The notes under the pieces were generated by a model. The model worked only from the letters and a program-made list of their open reading frames with translations, was not told the DNA's origin and searched no databases. Position numbers and translations under genes: made by a program. From NCBI GenBank assembly GCA_017654855.1, contig CM030338.1, positions 62,001-126,000 of the forward strand: DNA of 64,000 nucleotides. Direction: 5' to 3'. The DNA is from Podospora anserina (Eukaryota). Shown here one piece after another: positions 11,501 to 25,000 of the stretch (positions are counted from its first letter, which is position 1; the number at the start of each line of letters is the position of its first letter).

Positions 11501-14500
11501 TTTAATACTTAGTAAAATAAAAGTATTTCGTTATATAATTTTATTATATTTTTAAGTATCGTTAATTAAACGGAAGTTACTATTTTTTTTTTATTAAAAA
11601 TTAATTATTACGGTAAAGATTATATATTTCTTTAATAATATTTCTTTTAATTCGTTCCTTAAGGAAATTAATAATTTTCTTTATAAATAATTTCGGGATC
11701 GGAATAGATTTGCTTTACTATATTTTATAAAGGATAGTCCTAATATATTAAATAAAAAAATTTTTTTAAAGGATTTATTTATATTTAATAAAGTTTTATA
11801 TTAATATAATTTCCTTTATAAATAAAATTATTATAAATATTTTAACTTTTTAATTTATTAAAATATTAGTAATTTATTTAATTAAATTAATTAAACGTTT
11901 TAAAGTAAAGCGTAACCCTTTAATTATTTTAAAAAACTTAGGGACTATAATATTATTAAATTTTAAACTATATTATAGAGATTCTTTAATTACCGCTTAT
12001 CTCTTACTTTTTAATTCGGATTTCCTTTAAAAGTATTATTATTTAACTTAATATTATTAACCGGCTTTATTTTTTTATTTACTTTTTTATATATTATAAT
12101 AATAATAATAATATTTATAAACGTTAATTAAATTTATTTAAAAGTAATAATTAAATTAATTTTTATATTATTTTTTTTTAAAAGGGGGCGGAGGTAAATA
12201 ACGTTTATATAGTTATATAGTAAAAAGGTTATATTAATTTAATTAAGTAAGGAATTAATTAAATATTTTTAAATATAAAAATATTATATCGGGCTTAAAT
12301 AGAGTTATTTTATTAATTTTTTAATTAAATAGTAACGATATTTTTAATAATAATAATAACGGTATTAAATATAAACCTATTATAAAGGTCGGTAATAACG
12401 GTCGTTCTTTCTTTAAAATTTTATTCGAAATTAAAGTTTTTATTATAATTTTTATTCTTTTAAACTAAAATAAAAACTTTTTTTTTTAATAGTCCCTTAT
12501 ACTTCCTTTCTTTCCTTCCCTTTAATTATTAATATTCTTTCCTCCTTTACTCCTAACATCCCTTTTTTTTATTTTTATAAAAAATAATATTAAACGTTAA
12601 ATAATAATTTAATAATAATAAACTTAATTTCTTTAAAATAAAATTAAGTAAAAAATATTTAACTTCTTTATTTAGTTCTTTAATTACTTTATTCCTTTCC
12701 TTTAGTTTCTCCGTTATTTACTTAGGGATAGGTACTCCTTTATTAATTAATCCTTTAAATATTTATAAAGGTTAGTTAATAAAAAAAATATTATTTCGAT
12801 CTTTATTATTATATTTTACTTTTATTTTATTAATTATTTTTTTTTATTATATAAACTTTAATTAACTTTCCCCTATATAATATATTTATATTAATTATAT
12901 AATCCTTTATAAAATTAAGGGTAAGGTTTATATTTATAAAAAACGGGATATTTAATAATAGGTTATAGAAACTTAAAGTTTTAATATTATTAATAATAAA
13001 AAAATAATATAAAATTAAAACTTTAATTAATATTATTAAAGTTTAAATTTTATTTATAAACGTAATTAAATTTTTATAAAGGTTTTTAAATTATAGGTTT
13101 ATTAATACTATTAATAAATAAAATCTTTTAACTATAGCCCTATTAATTAAATTATATTCCGAATTTATATTTAATATTATTAATACTTTTTTTAAAGTTA
13201 GTAAAACGAAATTATAATATAATAATAAAATATTATAAATTTAAATAACGGCTCTTAAAAAAGTTCGTTTATTATCGGAAAGCCGGCTAATAGACGTAAA
13301 TAGTAAAATCCGTAATCGCTTTTCTAAATTATTACGTAGTTAGACTTTACTTTTAATAATCTTTTTTTAAATACCTCCCTTAATTATATTATATTTATTA
13401 TCCGTTATAATCCTATATAAAATAAGGATAATCTTTCTTTAATTAAACGGAGAAGTTTTACGATATTTAATTATTTAAAAATTCGTCCAAACTATTAACG
13501 GTAAAGCCTTCCTTTTTTATAAAACTTTTTTTTTTTTATCCGGGGTACTTTTAAAAGATTTATATTATTCGATTACTTTAATATTCTTAGCTATATTCTT
13601 TATATAATTTATTAATCGGTAAATAAATATAGGTAAAACCCTATAATATTTTTTTAATATAAATTTAATTTAATTATAAATATATTTTTTAATTTTTTTA
13701 ATAATATAATCTTTAAAGTCCTTTATTTTATTATTAAATAACTTTAAATTACTCCGGATTCTATCCCCCTAATCGGACGAAACTCTTTTTTTAACTACCT
13801 TTAATTTCTTTTATACGGGGGTAAATACTATTTTTAGATTTTCGGTTAAAATTAAATTATTTATATCTTTTTTCGGTTAATCTTTAATCTTTACTTTCTT
13901 CGCTCTTTACGTACTTACCCCTACTTTTACTTTTTAATTATAAATAATTATTAAAATATTATTAAAGCGCTTTAAAATACTTTTAAATAATTATTTTTTT
14001 ATTATATAACGTTATAAAGTATTTTTAATAATATAATTATTAATTAAATTTTTATTAAACAGTATATAAAGTTTAAAGTATTTATAAAACTTATTTAATT
14101 TAATATTTATAGCCCTAACTATTTAAATAATTATTTATTTTTTTTTTAATTAAAAAAACTTTAAACCTATATCCTTTACCTTTACGAGCTTCTTAATATT
14201 TAATTTATTTCGTATAAACTTTATAAACCTTATTTAATTTTAATTTTAATAAAGTTATAGTACGAATTAAATTATTAACCTTCCCTTTATATTACGCCTT
14301 TCTTATATCCTTTTAATTAAATTACGTTTTTTTATTTTTTAGCCACTCCTTTTTACCGATATATACTTTACTTCCTTTAATATAGTATAGTCCTTACGCT
14401 TTATTATACTTTTTTTTTAAATACTCTATTAATTTAATATAATAATTAATTTTGCCGTACTAAAAGTACTTTCTTAATAGAGAAGGACTATCGCGGTACT

Positions 14501-16010
14501 ATTTCCTTAATTTTCTAAACTAGGTTTTAATATTAATAATAAGGAAAATATTAAAAAATAAATTTATTTCTTTATTAAAATTAATATTAAAATTTAAGGA
14601 GTAAAGTACTTAGTTTTTTAAGTATTAAACGTAAGTTTTTATTATTCTAAATTTATTATTTCCCGGTATAAAAAAACTATTATAAATATTTATCTTTAAA
14701 TATTATAGTATTATTTTTTTATTTATTATAGTATTAATCGCTATATATTAGTTAAGTATTTCGGCCGCTTAATTAAAAATAGTAAAGGAAAGTATAATAA
14801 TTAATTTATTTTTTTTATAAATTTTCTTTTTTATATTATACTTATTTTTAATTATATTATTAATTTAATTACTTTAAATAATAAAATTTATAGATTTTAA
14901 ACGACGTTTAAATCTTTTTTAATTAATAAAAGTTATTTTTATTAATTCGGAGAATTTTATTTAAAAGCGGTTAATAACTTTAGCTTTTACTACTTCTTTT
15001 TTTCCGGTCGGTATTCGAGAAAGTAATTTAAAATAATTAAAAATAATTTTGTTTAATTTATTTATACTTTTAAGGATAATTTTAATATAAAAGTTATTTA
15101 ATTCTTTATAAATATTTTTATTTTATTAAAGGTTATAGATTTTAAAGAGGCGTTTAAAGCGTATAATTAAGATAGGTTAAGTATCGGTAAATATAAGTAA
15201 ATTTATATATTTATTAATTTATTTTCCTATATCGAAATTATATTAAAATTTAAATTTATAAATGTAAAAAGTAAATTCTATAATATAATACTCTTTATAA
15301 GTATTTTCGAAACGTTTTAAATATTCCGTAAAATATTCTTTTTTAAAATTATTTTTAAAACCGATTTTTTTCGGATTAAAGAATTTACATTAAAGAAAAT
15401 ATATAAGTATTATAGGATAGGGGGTTAAATAATTAAACGTAGGGGTCCTTTAAAAGTAACGATAGTCGGGATAAGCTCTTATAAAATATAGGTATCCGGG
15501 TTATTAAAATTAATGCGTAAATTTCGGAAGAGGAGCGGGATATTTTATTAATCGAGTGGGAAACGTAATATAATTTTAAGTAATAGGATTTAGGTAAGTA
15601 CGAGGTTTATTTAATATATTAAAACCGTTAAGCCTTATAATCGGGTTACTTTAATTAAAAAAGGGGCGAGGGGTTTTAATATCTTTAAGGTAAGCGCGGT
15701 TCGTAGCCGGGGAAAAAACGAATAATAATAATTCTAGGGACCTAGCCGCCGGAATAACTACCTTTATTACGGAACGAGCCATAAAAGTTTAATACCCCTA
15801 ATTATTATCGGGAAAGCTAATTAAAGCGATAAATAAAATATTATTAAATATATTAATATTTAATAATTATTATTATATTTACGTTAGTAATATAGTTTTT
15901 TCTTTATATATATTATTAAAAATATAAAGACGGTTATCTTTTATAACTTTAATATATAGGTATAAATTATATTTATTTAAATTAAAGGGAAAGTATTTTC
16001 GTTTTTTTAC

Positions 16011-19000
16011 TGGTTTAGGGTACGGCTATAAGCCTAAAAGTATAAGTAAGGAAGCGGGGCTCTCAAAGGACTTAGGGGTTCAGGGGTCATGTATATAAGC
16101 GGTTTACTTCGGATATTTTATTTTAAATAGGACATCAACTTTTATTCTTTTCTTCGTATTTTGTGCCTTATACGCGTGCAGGCAATTCTAGCCCTCTAAT
16201 TAGGCTAATCCGGTGCTTATTATATAGCCTGCGAGCCTATAGTGTTTTTTCTTTATCCTACTTAAAGTGCGGCCTACGAGCGAGTTACTATCACGTAAAT
16301 ATATTTATTCTGAGACCTATTAAGGGTATATTTATAGTATTATAGTTATTTTATATATTTTTTTACTATTTTAAATAGAGGTTATACCCGGGTTAAGTAA
16401 AGCTTAGGGTTTAAACTAAACTTATAAGCCTTAAGTATTAAACAAAGTGCGAAGTTACGAACGATAATAAGTATTAATAACTTTATTAAACCCCGCGTAG
16501 TTTAACGGAAACGATTTTTTTTCGTTTAATCGAATAAAACTTTTTTATTATCGACTAAACTTTAAACTTTTTACCCGCGAGTAAAGAGTTAAATATATAA
16601 TCCGGATAAGACCGGAAAATAAATTAAAAATATTAATTAAAACTAGCTCGTTAATAAACCTTATTTCTATATTAATTATTAAAATCCTTTTTTATTTTTA
16701 ATTAAAAAAAATCCTTTTAATATATTATTTAACGATAATAAATAATTATAGGGATTTCCGGATTAATTTAATTTAGAATATCGGGAATTTAAAAGTAAAA
16801 AAATAAAAATACTTTCCCTTTAATTTAAATAAATATAACTTATACTTATATATTAAAATTATAAAGGATAACCGTTTTTATATTTTTAATAATATATATA
16901 AAGAAAAAACTATATTATTAACGTAAACGTAATAATAATTATTAAATATTAATATATTTAATAATATTTTACTTATCGCTTCGATTAGTTTTTCTAGCGA
17001 TAATTAAAGGTATTAAACTCTTACGGTTTATTTTATAATAAAAGTAATTATTCTGGCGGTTAGGTCCCCGGAATTATTATTATTTATCCTTTCCCCGGCT
17101 ATAAACCGCGCTTACTTTAAAGATATTAAAATCTTTTACCCCCTTTTTAATTAAAGTAGCCCGACTATAAAACTTAACGCTTCTAACGTATTAAATAGAC
17201 CTCGTACCTACCTAAATCCTATTACTTAAAATTATATTATACTTTTTATTCGATTAATAAAATATTCTATTTTTTTTCCGGGATTCGTATATTAATTTTA
17301 ATAATTTAAATATTTATATTTTATAAAAATTTACCCCGACTATCGTTATTTTTAAAGGTCCTTTATATTTAATTATTTAACCTTTTATTTTATAATACTT
17401 ATATATTTTCTTTAACGTAAATTCTTTAATCTAAAGAAAGTTAATTTTAAAAATAATTTTAAAAGAAAGTACTTTACGGAATATTTAAAATATTTCGAGA
17501 ATACCTATAAAGAATATTATATTATAAAATTTATTTTTTACGTTCGTAAATTTAAATTTTAATATAATTTCGATATAGGAAAATAGATTAACGAATATAT
17601 AAACTTATTTATATTTACCGATATTTAATTTATTTTAATTATCCGTTTTAAATATTTTTTTAAAATCTATAACCCCCGATAAAATAAAAATATTTATAAG
17701 GAGTTAAATAACTTTTACATTAAAGTTATTTTTAAAAGTATAAGCGAATTAAAAAAAATTATTTTTAATTATTTTAAATTATTTTTTCGAGTACCGACCG
17801 GGGAAAAAGAAGTAATAAAAATTAAAGTTATTAATTGCTTTTAAGTAAAATTTTTTAAATTAATAAAAATAATTTTTATTAATCGAGAAAAATTTAAATA
17901 TCGTTTAAAATCTATAAATTTTATTATTTAAAATAATTAAATTAATAATATAATTAAAAATAAATATAATATAGGAAAAAGAAATTATAAAAAAAATAAA
18001 TTAATTATTATACCTTCCTCTATTACTTTTAATTAGGTAACCGAAATACTCGATTAATATATAACGGTTAACGTTATAATAAATAATAAAATAATATTAT
18101 AATATTTAAAAATAAATATTTATAATAGTTTTTTTATATTAAAAAATAGTAAATTTAGGATAATAAAAATTTACGTTTAATATTTAAAAAACTAAGTACT
18201 TTACTTTCTAGATTTTAATATTAATTTTAATAGGGAAATAGATTTATTTTTTAATATTTTTTTTATTATTAATATTAAAATTTAATTTAGAAAATTAAAA
18301 GGGTAGTATTATAATAACCTTCCTTTATTAAAAAAATACTTTTAGTATCGTAAGATTAGTTATTACGTTAAGTCGACGGAATATCCGAAAAAAGAATATA
18401 ATAAGGTATAAGGACTATACTATATTAAAGAAAGTAAAATATATATTAATAAAAAAAAATAATTAAAAAATAAAAAAATATAATTTAATTAAAAGAATAT
18501 AAAGAAGGTATAGTATAAAGGGAAGGTTAGTAATTTAGTTTATATTATAATTTCGTTAAAATTAAAATTAAATAGGGCTTATAAAGCTTATATAAAATAG
18601 GTTAAGTATTAGGAAGTTTGTAAGGGTAAGGGATATAAGCCCGAGGTTTCTTTAATTAAAGGGAAAGAATAAATAGTTATTTAGATAATTAAAGCTATAA
18701 ATATTAAATTAAATAAACTTTATAAATACTTTAAACCCTATATACCGTTTAATAAAAATTTAATTAATAATTATATTATTAAAAATATTTTATAATATTA
18801 TTTAATAAAAAAATAATTATTTAAAAGTATTTTAAAGTACTTTAATAATACTTTAATAATTATTTATAATTAAAAAATAAAAATAGGGGTAGGCGCGTAA
18901 AGAGCGAAGAGAATAAAGATTGAGGATTTACCGAAAAAGAATATAAATAACTTAGTTTTAACCGAAAATCCGAAAATAATATTTATTTTTACGTAAAAGA

Positions 19001-22000
19001 AACTAAAGGTAATTAAAAAGGGAGTTTCGTTTAATTAAGAGAATTAAGTCCGGAATAGTTTAAAATTATTTAATAGTAAAGTAAAGGATTTTAAGGATTA
19101 TATTATTGAAAAAACTAAAAAATATATTTATAATTAAATTAAAATTATATTAAAAAAATATTATAAGGTTTTACTTATATTTATTTATCGGTTAATAAAT
19201 TATATAAAAAGTATAGTTAAGGATATTAAAGTAATTAAATAGCGTAAATCTTTTAAAAATATTTTAAATAAAAAAAAAAAAGTTTTATAAAAGGGAGAGG
19301 CTTTACCGTTAATAGTTCGGATAAATTTTTAAACGGTTAAATATAATAAAACTCCTTTATTTAATTAAAAGAAAATTATTTTTATTTTATATAGGATTAC
19401 GGCGGATAATAAATATAATATAATCGAAGGAAGTATTTAAAAAAAGATTATTAAAAGTAAGGTTTAATCGGGTAATAGTTTAAAAAAGTAATTACGGACT
19501 TTACTATTTATACCTATTAACCGGCTTTCCGGTAATAAACGAATTTTCTTAAAAATTATTATTCGAACCTATAACGTTTTATTACTATATTATAACTTCG
19601 TTTTACTAATTTTAAAAAAAATACTAATAATATTAAATATAAGCTCGGAATATAACTTAATTAATAAAGCTATAATTAAAAAGTTTTATTTACTAATAAT
19701 ATTAATAAACCTATAGTTTAAAGGCCTTTATAAAGATTTAATTACGTTTATAAATAAAACTTAAACTTTAATAATATTAATTAAAATCTTAATTTTATAT
19801 TATTTTTTTATTATTAATAATATTAAAGCTTTAAATTTCTATAACTTACTATTAAATATCTTATTTTTTATAAATATAAACCTTACCCTTAATTTTATAA
19901 AGGGCTATATAATTAACGTAAATATATTATATAAAAGAAAATTAATTAAAACCTATATAATAAAAAAAGAGGTAATTAATAAAATAAAAGCGGAATATAA
20001 TAATAAGGATCGAGGTAATACTTTTTTTACTAATTAACCTTTATAAATATTTAAGGGATTAATTAATAAAGAAGTACCTATCCCTAAATAGGTAACGGAG
20101 GAACTAAAGGAAAGGAATAAAGTAATTAAGGGATTAAATAAAAAAACTAAATATTCTTTATTTAATTTTATTTTAAGGGAATTAAATTTATTATTATTAA
20201 ATTATTATTTAACGTTTAATATTATTTTTTATAAAAATAAAGAAAAGGGGGATATTAAGAGTAAAGGAAGAAAGAATATTAATAATTAAAAGTAAAGAAA
20301 GAAGGGAGGTATAAGGGACTATTAAAAAAAAAGTTTTTATTTTAACCTAAAAAAGTAAAGATTATAATAAAAACTTTAATTTCGGACGAAATTTTAAAGA
20401 AAGAACGACCGTTATTACTAACCTTTATAATAAATCTATATTTAGTACCGTCGCTATTACTACTAAAAATATTACTACCGTTTAATTAAAGGACTAATAG
20501 AATAATCTTATTTAAGTTTAATATAATATTTTTATATTTAAAAATATTTAATTAGTCCCTTATTAAACTAGGTTAATATAACTTCTTTACTATATAACTA
20601 TATAAATATTATTTATTTCCGCCCTCTTTTAAAAAAAAAAATAATATAAAGATTAATTTAATTATTATTTTTAAATAAACTTAATTAACGCCTATAAATA
20701 TTATTATTATTATTATAATATATAAAAGGGTAAATAAAAAAGTAAAGCCGGTTAATAATACTAAATTAAATAATAATATTCTTAAAGGAAATTTAAATTA
20801 AAAAGTAAAGAAATAAATAATAATTAAAGAATTCCTATAATATAACTTAGAATTTAATAATATTATAGTCCTTAAGTTTTTTAAAATAATTAAAGAGTTA
20901 TACTTTATTTTAAAACGTTTAATTAATTTAATTAAATAAATTATTAATATTTTAATAAATTAATAAATTAAAATATTTATAATAATTTTATTTATAAAGG
21001 AAACTATATTAATATAGGATTTTACCGAATATAAATAGATTTTTAAAAAAGTTTTTTCTATTTAATATATTAAAATTATCTTTTATAAAATATAATAAAA
21101 TAAATTTATTTTAATCCCGAAACTATTTATAAAGAAAATTATTAATTTCTTTAAGGAATAAATTAAGAAAAATATTATTAAAGAAACGTATAGTCCTTAC
21201 CGTAATAATTAGTTTTTAATAAAAAAAAAATTTAGTAATTTCCGTTTAATTAATAATATTTAAAAATATAATAAAATTATATAACGAAATACTTTTATTT
21301 TATTAAATATTAAGGAATTTAGTAAGGACTTTATAAAATACTTTATTATTTCTTTATTTAATTTTTTTTTTAAATATAATTAAATTAAATTAATTCTAAT
21401 AAACTAAAACCTTATTACTTTCGCGATACTTATTAGCCTATTTAAAATATATACTTTATTTTAAAAAGTTATTAATTTAGTAATTTAATTCTAAAAAGCC
21501 GTAATTAAAATCTTTTAAAATTTTATCTTATAAATATATCGGTTATACTTAAATAATATTATAGTAAAAGGATTAAAGTAAAATTATAATAATAAAAAAA
21601 AAAGGTTAAGAATTAAAAAGTAGGTCCTAAAATATTTAAAAAATATTAACGTAATTTTATTTAATTATAAATTTATAGAAACTATAATTATAACTATAAA
21701 ATCCCTTTAATATAAATAAAAAACTATTATCTTTAACTATTTTTATATATCGGACGGGCGCCTCCTTAATTAAATAAAAATAATAAAAATAAAAGAATAA
21801 TAAATTTATTATAATTTTAAAAATATTTATACTTTTTTAAAAATTACCGATTACTATCGGCTATAAGTACCTTTCTTTAATTTAATTATAATTCCATTAT
21901 ATCTTTTAATAAGGAAGGATATAAAATAAAAATAAACGGAAATTTAATAAAATATAATAAAGTAATTTACTTTTTTAATTATAGAAATACCGTATTTAAT

Positions 22001-25000
22001 TTCTTTAACGTTTAATAATAATTATTTCGGTAAAATCTTTATTATTTTTAATATAAGTTTAACGGGGTAAGGAGCGGTAATTAAATAAGTAGGACTTAAT
22101 AAAAAACGGTACCCTTATCGGTTTCAAAATAATATTTAAAGCCCGGCTAAATAAAAGTATAATACTATTAAAAGGGAGTTAAGAGGATTATTATATATTT
22201 TAAAGAAATTTAAAAAGTATTTTTTCGGAGTATACTTTATAGTAGAAACGGATATTTAAATAGTAGTTTATTAAATTTAAAGGGCGGTTAGTAACGTTCC
22301 CGGTGCTTTAATAATAAAATAATTAAAATAAATTAAACTTTTCGACTTTATAATTATTTATATCCTTAAAAATAAAAACCTTATAATAAACGTATTATCG
22401 AAAAAGCTATTTAGCCCCTTTAATCTAAAAGAAAAAAAATTAAAGTTAAATATTAATAATAAGGTTAACGTAAGGATTTAATAAAACGATATTTAAAAAA
22501 TAAATATTTAATAGGTAAATATTAAAAAAAAAAAAAAAAAAAATTTATTAAATAAAGCCCCTATTTAAATAAATTATAATTTTCTTACTTTTATATTATT
22601 ACCGAATTCTTTACGATTAATATAAAATTAAAAACTAAAACGAAGTTTAATATTTAAATTATTAAAAATAACGCCTTAAAAATAATTTTTAAAAATAAAG
22701 TTTTATTTTTTAAACTAAATAAAAGAGGTTTTTCCCTTAAAAAAATTATTAATTTTTTAATCGAGTAGGAAAAAGTTTTTAATATATATTATAATAAAAT
22801 AAATTATAAAGGACGGAAAATTATTTATACCCGAATAATAAAAAATTATTATTAAAAGGGTATATACGTTAATATTAAAGTTTAAATTAAAATATATAAA
22901 TAATATTAATAATAAAGCCCGAAACGTTAAAAGGATTAATATTTATATATTAAGCCTTTAATTACCCTATTTACGAAATAATATTTAAACGTTTAATTTT
23001 TACTAACGGTTTCGGGAAAAAAAATTTACTTTTTAAAAATAAAAAATAATTTAATTAAATATTTAAAAGTAAAGGTTTTAAATTTAAATAAAATTTTTAA
23101 GATTAAAAACTTTATTTTATATAATATTATTTTTAAATAGGGTTACCCTTTAATCGTAATAGTAAACGGCGGATTAAAATTTAAGAAGGAAACTATTAAA
23201 ATTTTAAAAAGGCTAAAAGTTCTTCGGGTAATAATTTTACTTTATAATATAAAAGTAAATAAAGTAACGGAATTTAATTATATTTTAATTATATTAATAT
23301 TAATAAAAATAACGGATAAGACGGAAAAAAAGTAAAAAAAGTAATTCCTTTATATATTATTTATTAATAGGACTATAATATAAAATATTTATAAATATAA
23401 TACTTTTTATTTAATATATAGGTTTAACTTTATTACGTTAATCGAAAAGAACGTACCGTTATAGAGAATCGTTTAGTAAAAAAAAATTAATTTTAATAAA
23501 TTAAAAAAGTATTAAAAGAAGAGAGCGATTATAGATTTAATAAAGGTAAGGGCAAGACTATTAAAAACTTAAAAAATAAATCTAACTTTAGTAATTAAAA
23601 GAATTAATATAATAAAATAGAAAATTACAGTAAAAAAAAATAAAAAAAGGATTCGTAATATTAAGCTTAAAAATAATATAATTAAAAGGAGGGATTTAGT
23701 ATTAATATATAAAATAAATAGAAAATTAAATATAAATATAGTAAAAAAGTTATAATACCGTTAGGATAACCCTTTTAAAATAAAAAAAATCGAATTAAAT
23801 AATATTTATTACTTTCTAAAAATATTAAGTAAAGTACTATTATAAACTTTTTATATATTAAATAGGGTAAAGAAGTTTTTTAGGTTAAAAGACGTATATA
23901 TAAATAAAGAGGATACGGATATATAATTAGGATTAAGGAAAGTTAAATAAATATTTAAGAATAGAGTAAAGGAAGGCGTGGATATAGTAAAAAATAAAAA
24001 TAAAAAAGAAAAAATAATAAAAGAAATATTAAGGAGAATAATAATTAAGGGAAAAATTTAAATAGAACGGAAAAATATTAAAGTATAAAAGAAATTTAAA
24101 AAAAATAAAAATATAAAAGTAATTTTAAAAAAAAAAAAATTAAAGGATTTTTTAAATAATTAAGGGGAAACGATAACGAAAATATTATAATTATTATTTT
24201 TTTTAAGAGGGTATTAAAGTTTATATTATAAAAATAGAACTATAAAAGTTATTTATTTTTAAAAAGAGGAAAAATATTAAGGAAAATAATTAATTAAAAT
24301 AAAAATTATTATATTAAATTTTTAATTTTTTTTTTTTTTTTATTATTTTTTTTTCCGATTTACTCCTCTCTTTATATTCCTTCCTTTAATTTAAAAAAAT
24401 AAAAAACTATTTTTTTTTTCTTTTTTTTTTTTTATTTATTTATTATTTTTTAAATTCTTTATACTTAACCCGCTATTCTTTTTACTTTTAATTTTAATCG
24501 ATTTCTTTATTATTAAAAATTAAGTTTACGGTACTACGATTTAACTTCGATAACCTATTATTATTAAAATCTTTAAAGTAAAAACTATTTTTATTAATAT
24601 TAAACTATAAATAATAAATATCTTTATATTAATAATTCCTATATTTTTAATCGAGGTCCTTTTTTTTTATATAACCGAAATATAATTATATTATTTTAAT
24701 TTTAGTCCTATCGAGGAACGTTACGAAAGACCGGTAATAACTTTAATCGTATTTATTATATAAATTAATATAATTAAATTTAATATATTAATATTAAATT
24801 AAATTTAATTAAAAAAACGGTACTTATAATAACCTAATAGTTTAAATAAATAAATTTTTAAAATAATAAACCCGTTTAACGATTTCGAAGAACTAACGCC
24901 TAAAAAACTATTTATTAAACTATTTAATAAAAATCCGTTTAATAAAACTGATCGATAATACTTTAAAAATATAATTAATAATAATTTTATCCGTATTAAT

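Noticed and set aside
16163-16345. Recurrent 60-73 aa ORF (also at 28291, 30752, 33971 and 49573)
   Set aside because: All lie inside D LTRs and lack an ATG start. The recurrence reflects LTR copies, not a gene family.
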